A stretch of 64,000 bases of DNA, taken from contig JBJCIZ010000239.1 in NCBI GenBank assembly GCA_051294375.1, forward strand, positions 3,421,152-3,485,151, in the 5' to 3' direction. Origin of the DNA: Paraspadella gotoi (lineage: Eukaryota > Animalia > Chaetognatha). This document shows, one piece after another, positions 1-11,200 of this stretch; positions within the stretch are counted from its first letter, which is position 1, and each line of letters begins with the position of its first letter. Position numbers and translations under genes: made by a program. A model generated the notes under the pieces. That model did not search any database and had not been told where the DNA came from. It saw nothing but the letters and a program-made list of their open reading frames with translations.

Positions 1-761
1 TTTTATATATGGCTTTTCATCTTAAAGTATTTTTGAAATTTTCATATTGATTCAAGTATTTTTTATTTGATTTTTCACTTCATTATGATTTATTGCAATA
101 ACCTCATTGTATGTTCTTCAAGTAAATCGTCCGTTTATTATTGTTTTGAATATTTGTATAACGTTGTTGAAACCTCTGTTGCCTTTGTTATTGACTTTTT
201 ATGTAGTTAATATAAAATTTTGCCATTAATTAAATTAAATGAATGACTTAATTCTTTGTGACGAGGGTTTCCAAACGATCACTATAACTCTGGTGACCTC
301 TGTTAAGTTTGATATTTTATTAGTTTAACTCACAAAATTTGATGTTCAATAATTCACACTTAGGATCAGGGCAGTACATATCCATGTAAGTGGGAAATCT
401 GATACAGTGGAATAATTTTTTTAAAAAATTTAAAGGAATTTCGAAATTTTGGGTTACGTTAATGAAATTTTACTTGTCAATTTGTTCCCCGGTGTAACAA
501 TTAACGCTGGGCAAGCACATCCATAAATTGGTTAAAAGTATCGTAATAAAAAGTTGCATTGTCGTAAAAAATATAACATATGCCGTAATACCGATGCGAG
601 TCTAGTAATAAGAAAATATTAAAAATGGAAATTCGAAACGATAGCAAAGCAGCACAATGATTTATGTTTTATATATTGCTACATTGCGGAAATTATATAT
701 ATATATATATACCTTCTTGGAAAATGAATAAGTGGCCAAAACTTTTGACCAACTTTGGATT

Positions 762-977
762 TATGCTTGAGTAAAAATCCACCAATCGTTCATCAGCGGC
801 CATTGGTGCTGAAGGCAAGTCATTCGCCTCCCTACCCAACGGTCTGGGGTTCTAACCCGGTGGTCGTCTACAACTTAAGAGGGACGTGGCGCTTAACCCG
901 CCTGATCCCAAGCACAGGGACTGATTATATAGAACGGTTCTGTCACTAACACATAACAATAATTACTGTCTATTCAG
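762..977 (+). mobile_element. Repeat family A, degenerate copy: tRNA(Gly-CCC)-like head plus twister-like body lacking P3
   Basis: Aligns by eye to the copies at 6466 and 18760. A-box-like TGGTGCTGAAGG, B-box-like GGTTCTAACCC, acceptor stem CGGCCAT/GTGGTCG, shared tail GAACGGTTCTGTCACTAACACATAACAATAATTA. Confidence 0.8.
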
Positions 978-1344
978 ATTCCTCTATTATCAAAATCGTG
1001 GGGAAAAATAGTATATTTAAAATGTTTTGGTTTTTTGTAATACGAATAAGCTATTGTTCGGTTAAAATGGAGATAAAAATCAGGTGTGATGTTCAAACGT
1101 AAAGAGAAATCTTAACTTTTCAATTTTTTATGAATAATTTTTTAGCTGTCCTCACTCTTGTGGTCGTTGTCTTTCCCTCAACCCTTTGTTGATGCTTTAT
1201 CTCATTGACTCTCTTTCTCTTTTACTTTCTCTCTCTCAAACTTAATTTTACATTGCCTAAACTTATAATTTCACAAATACGCTTGCAACTTAAAAACAAA
1301 TCTGTATATTAAATTCTTGTGACATGAGCAGTGAAAAAAAGCAT

Positions 1345-1660
1345 GAAAAAAGCATGAAAATCAAAGGGAATGTACTGATCTGAATGCGTCGGTTGGCGAT
1401 CAACTGTGAATTCCAACGAACCGCCCTCTCTGCGCTGAATCAGCACAGAATTGATCCATTCACCTGTTTTTCACACGCCCATTTGATGCTCGCCGTGCTT
1501 GCTGTTCAAATGGTTTAGGAGGTCTACCTACTGATACCAGAAGAGGACTGACTCTTCCCCATGCAACGATCGAAAAGAGGCCAAAGCTTCCACCTCATAG
1601 TCGTCCATAAAGAAATCTGCCAGAGGACTTGACGTGGACTTGCCCAATGCCCATCCCTAA
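1345..1660 (-). pseudogene. Decayed Penelope-like element reverse transcriptase fragment
   Basis: Minus-strand translation across frameshifts gives GWALGKSTSSPLADFFMDDYEVEAL (cf. PLE RT GLAMGSPLSPxLAxxFMExxE) and HLNSKH..IKWACEKQVNGSI..VLIQRREGGSLEFTVDRQPTHSDQYI (cf. HLNS..IKFTxE..VYRKPTHTDQYL). Confidence 0.75.
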
Positions 1661-1939
1661 GCTTAAATTAAATGCTATAAAATTGTCTGAAACTAGGAAA
1701 AGGTTTGGCGACTTATTCATTTTCCAAGTTGGTAGAAAGCTAAATACTTTTGATTGAAAACCAAAAATGCTTATGTATTTTACAGATTAAGTTACCGCGG
1801 AAATATAAACGTCCCTTTCCCAAACAAATATGTACAACATGTAAGCGCAAGTTTCAATGTAAACCATCGCCTGTTTTTATTGAAGTAAAAAAAAAAATGA
1901 GAAGAGAAAAACAAACAAACCGGAAGCAAATTTTAGCCT

Positions 1940-2878
1940 TTTAAGTTGCGCCGCGAGTACTCGCAGAGCAACTGTATAAGTAACTTTTAGGTCGGTATGT
2001 CTGTCCGTCGGTCTGTCCCACTTAAAATTTGATTTGGGAACTTTTCCAAATAAAACTTTAAACATTTTTAATTTTTTAAATATTTATAGATAGGAAATGT
2101 CAAAATTTTTTTTTAAAATTTTGTACTTTTAGAAGCAGATTTGGAGAGTTTATAAAACATTCTTTACACAAAGTATAGTTATTTTTTAAATATTTTGATG
2201 ATAAATAGATCAAAATTGAGAAAAACCTTAAAAAATCGTCATCGTCATCATCCGATGATTTGAATAGTTTTTGCTAATTTTCAGTCATCAAACATCAATA
2301 TTTTAAAAAGTTTTAATTATATTTTTTATTTAACTTTTTGAGCTCGATTAGAATAAAATTAAAATATTTAAAATATAAAAAAACATCTTGACAATATATA
2401 GTAATATAATAATTTTAATTAGCAAATTACTTATGGTTCGTCATGTCACGCAGGGGCTGGGAGAGGGGGGATACCCTCGCCTCATGCGAAGGGCCCGGGA
2501 GGCCCCGGAGGGACCCTGAGAAAAGAGAAAAAATAAAGAAAGAAAATAATAAAAACCGTATAACCGTATCTCTATTGCTACTCATAGTTGAAAAAAAACC
2601 GTTAAATCTCAAAAGGTTTAACAAATTTAAACCCATCGCTCAGACTACAGGAGGGGCACAATGATTGTGATTAAAAAAAGTTTCAGTAAAATACCAATGC
2701 CATGTTGCAAGTCCTGGAGGCAGAAGTTTGAGCACTGGAGCAATTTTAAAGGCAGAAAGTCTCGCCGCCCCTGATGTCTCGTCATGTTATGTCATTATAC
2801 GTCATGTCATGTTACGAGAAATACACGTGATAAGGCAGTCTCTTCGGCGAAACGCATTTGAATTACCGCTCTTGTTTT
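1940..2878 (+). mobile_element. DINE-1/HINE-like non-autonomous Helentron (family C) with internal AT-rich repeat
   Basis: 5' end TTTTAAGTTGCGCCGCGAGTACTCGCAGAGCAACTGTATAAG plus GTCY microsatellite. 3' end CGGCGAAACGCATTTGAATTACCGCTCTTGTT matches the reverse complement of the 11290 and 16680 copies. Confidence 0.65.
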
Positions 2879-3109
2879 TTCAGGTTTACATCTACTATAA
2901 CCAGTTTAACCACTGTATCGTATAACATACAATACAGGAGGAGTTTTTACCCTAGTGTCTAATAATCCAAAAACTTGGTATGGGAAATTGACGAGGAGAT
3001 GGAAAAACATTTTTCGGATCGAATGTCGCAGGACTTGAGGAAAAGAAAGGACTCTAATCCCGTAAACTTCGTGGCCTATGAGAGTTATAAAGAGGTGTCT
3101 ACTGTCTTA

Positions 3110-5657
3110 TAGACCGTAGTGAAAGTTACGTACAAAAATTCTGAAAGTTTATTATAAACAACATACCATCAGTGAATGTTAATTTGTAAAAAAAAAATTA
3201 ATTTTATGTTTTTTTAAATTTTTACAGTAGGCTTTATTTATAAATAGTACTATCCTAATGAAATAGCAAAATTTTAAAATAGGCTTTTCTTAATTTTTAT
3301 TACACATTTGAATTCCTTGTCAAAAGTTGATAAAAAAAAATAGAATTCATTTGTAAAAAATTTTTCATTAAGTGGGTTAAAAATTAAAAAAAAACTATAT
3401 TTAACATATAAAATTAGAGACAGTTTGAGTTTAGTTTTGACAACGATTTTATTTAATTCAAAACAGACATGTTTCGGCTTCATTTCAAGCCTTCATCAGC
3501 GTTGATGAAGGCTTGAAATGAAGCCGAAACTAAACTAAACTAAACTCAAACTGTCTCTAATCGTCCCAAACAACGAAAAGAAAGGATTTATATCACAACA
3601 TATAAAATTATAATTTTTAGTTTAAAATATAAGTTTTTCTGATATTTGACCAACTAAATGAAAGAATTTTTGAAAAAGAGTTATATTTCTTTATATTAAC
3701 TTTTCATAACAAATCCAAATCTGCAAAAAAATCTTAAAAAAAACTATTTTTAAATTTTAACATTTAACGTTTAAATATGGCCTATTATGTAAATTGTAAA
3801 ATTTATATTAAAATTTTTTTATATATAAATCTTCATTAGTATAAAGTTGTTCGTTTCTCACATTTAAAATTTTAATTTAAGTTAAATTTAGAATTTTTAC
3901 TACGCGTTACTGTTTAATATTAATATTAGAGTTATTTGTTATAAAATTGGTATGTAAAATTTAAAATGTAAGTTTCCTTAAATATATTTTGAGACAAACC
4001 TGTAAAACAGCTGGCGACAATTCTGATATAACCAAGGATTTGTACTATTACTCCCATCGGAACCGGCAAAGATGTATCATAATTCTTTAATACCTTTGTG
4101 AACAAAAAAGTATATTACTATTGCAAAATTTATTCCTCTCAATTTATTAATTGTTAAAACCCTAGTGAGTCATGCGTATTTACGACAAACCAAAAATGTG
4201 TCACAAAATACTCCACAGTGTTTGATTTATGGTACTGAATTAATGGATTAAATATATTCTCTACAATGTTTATTGTATCCTAAATTCTATAGTAATGTGT
4301 AGAGTCTATACAGTACTAAAATATAATATATTTAATCCATTAATTCAGTACCAGTAAATGCTCCATGGTCCAATCAGTTGCTCCTTCGGCGAGCTTCGCT
4401 TCTGCAACTTTATTTTCTTCTTCTCTATTTCTACCCAGACGCAACCAGATGTCAAAAAAAGGATAACCTTCAGGGGAGGCGCTACAGAAAACAAATACAA
4501 TGTATATATCAATGACTTAAAAACATTATTATATTACTCACTAAGGCGTAGTAAAATTTCTAAATTTAACTTTAATTAAAATTCTAAAAGTGAGGAACGA
4601 ACAACATTATACTAATGAACATTTATGTAATAAAAATATTTATAATATATTTTACAATTTACGCAGTAGGCCATATTTATACTAGTACTAATCCTGTGAG
4701 AAATTTTTGTTTTCTCACTAGAGGAGACGGCTTCCAAATGTCTTTCGTTTCTAACTGTTTTAATGGTTTATCACACCAAAAACCCGTAAAAACGGGCTTC
4801 AAAGACAGGCAGACGTTTCTAATTGAGTCTAAAAACAGACTGAAAAATAGTTCTATTTCCTCCAAGATCGACTAATAAAATACAGTGAAAATTGTGACCC
4901 AAACTCGCGTACTAAGAATTTGAGGGAATGAGGGAGAGAAAGAGAATGAATGAATGAATACACACTCCCCAGTCCGCAGCCTATACGACCTTTTAGTCGT
5001 CGTTCAAAGGTTAATGTAAAATTAGAAGTAATGGTACTGTAAACACATTTGGGAAAATTAGATTTTCTCAACAGACTATCACAACACGAAAATAGTTAGT
5101 TTTCATTAGAGTATGAAAAAAGAAATAATAAGTTAATGCACACAATAAAATGTTTGGATTAATGAAACTGTCCCATGTTTATTACAAGAAAAAACAAAGA
5201 ATTAGAGACAGCATTTTTTCAAATCCAATAAATGTTAAAATTTTAAAACAGTTTTTTCTAAGATTTTTTGCAGATTTGCATTCGTCATAAAAAATTGATA
5301 AAAAGAAATATAATACTTTTTAAAAAATTCCTTTATTAAGTGGATCAAAAATTTGAAAAAGCTATATTTTAAGCTGAAAATTAACTTTTTATATATTAAA
5401 TATAGTTTTTTTAATTTTTAACCCACTTAATGAAATAATTTTTAAAAATGATTATATTTTCTTTAATCAACTTTTGACGAGGAATTCAATATTTTGAAAT
5501 TTTTTGATTTTATAAGGATAATTATAAGGATAGTACTATATATAAATATAGCCTACTGCAAAAATTAAAAAAAACATAAAATTAATTTTTTTTACTGATG
5601 GTATGTTGTTCATAATTGACTTTTAGAATTTCCGTACGTAACTTTCACTCCGCTCTA
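3110..5657. repeat. Inverted pair of an AT-rich repeat (about 3110-3790 and 5220-5657); further fragment near 53815-53910
   Basis: TAGACCGTAGTGAAAGTTACGTAC at the left and GTACGTAACTTTCACTCCGCTCTA at the right, with several hundred bp of imperfect inverted similarity. TTA lies on both outer flanks. Confidence 0.6.
3462..3503 (-). ncRNA. Minimal type I hammerhead ribozyme (Penelope pLTR type) inside a 3413-3561 inverted repeat
   Basis: Minus strand reads AACG-CTGATGA-A-GGCTT gaaatg AAGCC-GAAA-C ATG-TC-TGTT, with palindromic ACATGT helix III, followed by AATAAA. Confidence 0.8.
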
Positions 5658-5830
5658 TTACTCACTGTTCATTGACAGCAATGAAGTGAAAGAACATAAG
5701 AATGATAGCAAGGAAATGGACGAATCGACCCAGACAAGGAATCGCCGAATCCCCGCGCAAACATTTGAACTTGTTCAACTTGGAAAAGCGAATGCGTTGT
5801 TCTTTCGTCAGTGTCATATCGATTGCTTTA
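3997..5830 (-). CDS. Possible multi-exon gene of unknown product; strand and frames unresolved
   Basis: Less AT-rich open blocks bounded by AG/GT on the minus strand at about 5667-5828, 4718-4839, 4353-4467 and 4000-4093. One junction does not phase, and no recognisable domain is seen. Confidence 0.25.
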
Positions 5831-6465
5831 GAGAAAAAAAACAAAGCACGAACGGAAAACAGGAAAATTTGAAGGGTTTTTTTTTTTTAATGATTAATGG
5901 TCAATTCTAAAAGTTCTTTTTAGTGAAACATGATAATTCGAAAAAAAAAAAAATTAGCTGCCATTTTAAAAAGATTGAGTCTGTCTAGTGTTTTTATGAA
6001 GCTCTTTATCAATCTATCAATCAATCTATTTATCCATCTATCGAGCTAATCTTATCAGCCTACATCTCTCTCTCTCTCTATCTCTCTCTCTCTATGACCC
6101 TACATCCGCTGCGGCGTCTGCGGCGGCAGCGTCTGCGGCTTCCTTCGGCCTGCGTTATCGTCTTGGATTCCAGGAACAAGCGTGGCGTTTTTAGTGATGT
6201 TTCTCGAGGTATGATAATGATATTATATGATATGATATGATAATGATATGATATTCTTCTTGAACTTTATTGAGTTACAAATGCCCACAACCATAAACAT
6301 TAACAGCAGAATGACAACAGAAAAGTAATCAAGTTTGTACATTTCAAACGTGTACAGTAATGAGTGTGAATGGTAGATGGTGTAAATTTAAGGGAACCCG
6401 AATGTTTCTTCATGAGTTCAAATCCTTTTGCCATTTGTTCTAACCCCCCAAAAAATTCGTAGTGC

Positions 6466-6701
6466 TATGGTGGACTAAAATCCACCAACCGTTCATCAGC
6501 GGCCATTGGTGCCGGAGACAAGTCATTCGCCTCCCAACCCAAAGGTCCGGGGTTCTAGCCCGATGGTCGTCTGGCAGATAAGAAGGACGGGGCGCTTAAC
6601 CCGCCTGTAACATGGTGTTACAGCCTGATCCGAAGCTCAGGGACTGCTTATATTGAACGGTTCTGTCACTAACACATAACAATAATTAATGTCTCATCAG
6701 T
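6466..6701 (+). mobile_element. Repeat family A, full copy: 5' hairpin, tRNA-like head, twister-like body, tail
   Basis: GGTGGA-ctaaaa-TCCACC hairpin; AACCGTTCA...TGAACGGTT subterminal inverted repeat; acceptor stem CGGCCAT/ATGGTCG; TAACCCGC-[P3]-CCTGATCCGAAGCTCAGG. Confidence 0.85.
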
Positions 6702-8260
6702 GCCATATTTAACCTTAAAGAAATATATTCCCGCGTTCATTTGTTTGCGCGGACTACGGTTAGCCGTAGCTACGAGCCTGTCTCCCCCTTCAAACTTATC
6801 CGACGGGTATGTCTCTCCTTTTTGCCGGTTGGGTTTCCTGACTATTGGCACTGTAAAAAAGTCTTGTTGAGAGTCTTATTTCACTTAGCTCTCTCAACCC
6901 GAAACTTGTCGTGGTCGTTGACGTTCTCGTTTCCAAAAATAAAGTCTCGTTACTGTTGTAACCGTGATTGATGTCCCAAGAGAGCTGCCGCGGCGGGGGT
7001 AAGTTCGTTCCGTACTCAAATTCAAAAAAATGGTTACGATCGAAAACTGATAGTAGGGGTCTCTTTCACTGTCAGGTCGGAAAAAAAAAGTTTTCGAACT
7101 ATCTGGAATTGGATAATAATTCTTAAAAGAATCATTGATGATCAACAGGAGATGAAGAATAGTTTAAATCGTTTTAATTGTTTAATTATCGATTTGCAAG
7201 GAACCGGATTCCGGCGCCAAGGGGTCAACAAACTTGTACGAAGTATGAATAAAAGTTGCTTCGTAATTTTAAACAATATTTTCGGGCAAAATTTAGCAGT
7301 TATATCTTAAAAACTATCATATTATTGAATACTAATCTGTAGTTATTTTTATTTTTTTACAATTATAATAGCCCAGTCAGCTTATTTTGTATATAGTAGT
7401 ACCCTTATATAATGTTAAAATTTCAAAATGGTTTTTTTTTAATTCTAAAAACAGATTCAGATTCCTCGTAAAAATTTGATTGAAGAAAATATAAACCTTT
7501 TTCACAAATTATATCATTAAGTAGGTTAAAATTTTTAAAAAATATACTTTTAAGCCGGAAATTGAAAATTGGCATTTTAAATATAGTTTTTCACATTTTT
7601 AAAAAAATTAATGAAATAATTTTTAAAAAGAATTATACTTTCTTATATCAATTTTTAAAATTTGAAATTTTAGCCTATTATATACTTATTATTATATATT
7701 AATATAACTCACTGGTGCCCACTAATGTATAAAATTAAAAAGTAAATTTACCAAAGTATTTTTATTGGTTTTTATTTTCATATTTTAAATTGTAATTTTC
7801 TAAAATTTTATCATTTTCTCATCACTCTACTGGACAAACCCGCTCCACACTCTCTCTCTCACACACACACAGACACACACAGACACACACATCCATTTTC
7901 ACACAAAAAAGGGGCATAATTACGAATTAAATTTTCGTCTCGTTAAAATTTTCTTTCTCCCGAGTTCTCGTTTTTCCCGTTTCGGCCGCGAAAACGGAGA
8001 CTGCGTGCGGCAGAGAGAGAGAGAGAGAGACAGAGAGAGAGAGCACACGGGTCCCGCGTTCAGTCGTCCGTACAACCGGCTGGGAGGAGCAGCGCGTCGA
8101 CAAAAAAAGAAAAGGGGCGCCAGATTGAAGAGACTTCCTGTTTTTCGTCTTGTTTGTGTTTTGTTTCGCCTACGAAAAAAAAAAACCCGGAAAAAACCCC
8201 CAAAAAACAAAACGACAAAACGACATCTCGCGATGAGCGATTGAAGCTTCGTCCTCGATC

Positions 8261-11200
8261 ATGTCTGGAAAATTGTTTTGTCCAACGACGGTTCTTTTGT
8301 TTTTCCTAATTTTAAACGGTGAGTGATGTGATAATAATAATAAAAATAATAATAATAAATAATAATAATAAAAAAATAATAATAATAATAACGCCTTTCT
8401 CGCGTTCAGTCACAATTTTCGTCTCTGGCAACGAGCAAGGCATAAAAGGCGTCCAGGGAGAACCGGGCGTCTCGGGACCACAAGGCCCGCCAGGCCCTCA
8501 AGGCCCCCAAGGCGCTGTTGGAGAACAAGGAAACAAAGGAGCGGAGGGGGAAAGAGGAGAACAAGGAAACAAAGGAGCAGTGGGGGAAAGAGGAGAACAA
8601 GGAGAACGAGGAGTACAGGGGGAAGAAGGACCAAAGGGACTTTCTGGTGAAAAGGGAAAAGAAGGGGAAAAGGGAAAGGCGGGTGAGGAAGGACCAAAAG
8701 GGCAGGAGGGAGAGAATGGACTGAAAGGAGGCCAAGGAGAACAAGGGCCAGTGGGAGAACCCGGCCCCCCCGGGACGAAGGGCGGTAAAGGAGAACAGGG
8801 TAACCCCGGTGTTAAAGGCGGCGATGGAAACTTAGGAGAACCTGGACCCCAAGGTCTGCCGGGCGATCCGGGCCCCAAGGGCAGCATAGGAGAACCGGGA
8901 CAGCCGGGGAAAAAAGGAGAATCGGGAGAACGAGGCCCGTTCGGTCCGCGAGGGCCGAAGGGACTTTCGGGAGAACAAGGCGTGCGAGGAGACAAGGGAG
9001 ATAAAGGAGCAGATGGGGAAAAGGGACCCGTGGGAGATCAGGGAGCCAACGGGGGAAAGGGCGAACGGGGAGACCCGGGGGAACAGGGACCCAGCGGCGA
9101 GAAGGGCGGACCTGGGCAGGAGGGAAGACCGGGGAGAACCGGGGAAAAGGGAGGGCGAGGAGACATCGGGGAGAAGGGACCCGTTGGAGAACGAGGCCCC
9201 GAAGGAGAACTAGGCCCCGTCGGTCCGGCAGGGCTGCCGGGAGTCAAAGGGGACAGAGGAGAGAAAGGGCCCAACGGGGAACTGGTTTGGGCAGCAGGTG
9301 AGTTTTACTCTTCGTTTGTTGGTTATTGATATTGTAACTAATTAACAATTATTTGTTGATTAACTTTTCTGTTAACTGTTTTTTTTCCATGAACCTTTTT
9401 TTTTGTCCAACTTTTTCAATGCTATAAGTGACCTGTTATCTTATTGTCAATTATGTCTGTCTGTCTGTCCGTACACGGGCATTGCAATATATTCACCCCG
9501 CTTATAAGCTGTCATGACCCTATAGCATTGAATAATACTATCAGCTCATGACCATTAGGTACCGGGATCGATCCCCAATGGTACCAACCCTGCGGGAAGC
9601 GTGAGGACGGCGATAAAACGCCTTTGGAGCCCCGAAAACCCTCGAGCTTGGTTGCAAGCCCAGGGCCCAATCCATGGCTGCTTAAGAGGGTTAAAGACGG
9701 GGATAGCACTCTTCAGCCCACTAAGAGCCTTATTTCCACACAGTAGATCATCAACTTGTTCCGTTCTATTTTTCATCCGTCCGTCCTTTTCACCCATCCC
9801 AGACTCTAAGAACGTGAAGAGAGCCTGCGTCATCCACGCCAACGGAACCGTGGAGTGTCGATGCCCTCCGGGAAGTGGGCGCGGCCGAACGGGTTGCGTC
9901 AAGATCAAGCGCTTCGTCGCGGAGCTCGTCGCTACGGACGAGCAGTCGGGAGACTTGGAACCCAAGGTTTTTTTTGGTTTTTTTTTTTATCATTAATTTG
10001 CTTATAATAGGAGAATTATTTAGGCGATTAGATTTATGCTAATTAAGGTTTTACCAATAACCGAAAACTTCGTGATGGATGAGTCATTGGGGGGGGGGTT
10101 TCGGGGATAGAGAGAGAGAGAGAGCTCTTTGTCATCTGGATCGAAAGGCGGGGTGTCGATCTGTCATCGGGGATTAAAAACCGTTGCGACCTCTAAGGAA
10201 AGTTATTTAATTAGTTTTAATTAGTTTTCGTTGTGAGGAGTAAATAACGAAATTTTTTCCGGGTAAAAGAGAGAATTTAGTAAAAAAAAAAAAAAAGTAT
10301 AGACTGCTAATTACTATTTCTTTTAAAAATGGGCGGGAAAAAAATTATCAAAAAAAAAAATTATTTAAATTTATCCATTCCTGGGGACCCGGTGAGCTAG
10401 ATCGAAGTTCAAACTATCTACCTGATTACTGTGATTAGTAAGTGATTAGTAAGGTAAGTGAAAAGAAGAAATATAAAGCAACAGATATAATAAAGCGGAG
10501 TGAATAAAAGCACAGAAAAATCCCGAGAGCGGTAAGAAGAGAAGAGAAGTGACTCGGAGAATCCCGAGGCCAGGCTCACTCGGGTAGAGGAGAAGGAAAA
10601 GGCCTCTTATCTGATAGAGCCGGATAAACACCTTAGGCTTAGGTGTTTATCCGGCTTAGGCTTAGGCTTAGGCTAAGGCTTAGCGAGGCTAAATGGCGCC
10701 GCCCTCGAGCGTTCGTTGGTTAGGTTAAGGTTAGGGGTATTCAGGGTTAGGGGTGGTTACCGGTTAGGGTTAGGAGTGGTTGGGGGTTAGGGGTAGTTAG
10801 AGTTTAAGGTAATTAAGTATAGGGGTAACCCCGGACCTTTGGGTAGGGAGGCGAAAGATGGCCGCTGATGAACGGTTGATGGATTTTAGTCCACCATAAT
10901 ATTATATTTAGAGATTTGTTCTTTTTTTCGCGACTGGGAGATCATAAAGTTAAACAGTCGATGTAAAATGTTATCATTTATCAAGTATTTGCGTATTTCA
11001 GAGTTTTAGTTAACTCCCAAAAAGGTTGCATCCTGGGAAAGAAAATTTCAAGTTTCGCGAGACAGTTGTTACTCTGTTTTTTTTTTTACTTTTAGAGCAT
11101 TTGATTATTGTCGAGATGATTATTAACGTCTTTTTGTGGCGTGGGCGGGAAAAAAAGACTTAAGATCGTAAAAATAAAGAAAGAGGAGAATTTGAAAGAA

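Noticed and set aside
762-850. Functional tRNA genes in families A and B
   Set aside because: Anticodon stems are mismatched and the heads are embedded in longer dispersed repeats.
3110-5657. A single 2.5-kb Harbinger/foldback transposon with TTA TSD
   Set aside because: Exon-like blocks lie between the arms and another copy lacks a TWA flank, so two independent inverted insertions are equally likely.
8406-9274. Antisense and alternate-frame ORFs over the collagen exon
   Set aside because: Shadows of the Gly-X-Y codon periodicity.
10864-10895. Hammerhead core suggested by CTGATGA in family A (antisense)
   Set aside because: No helix II-GAAA or NUH arrangement follows.
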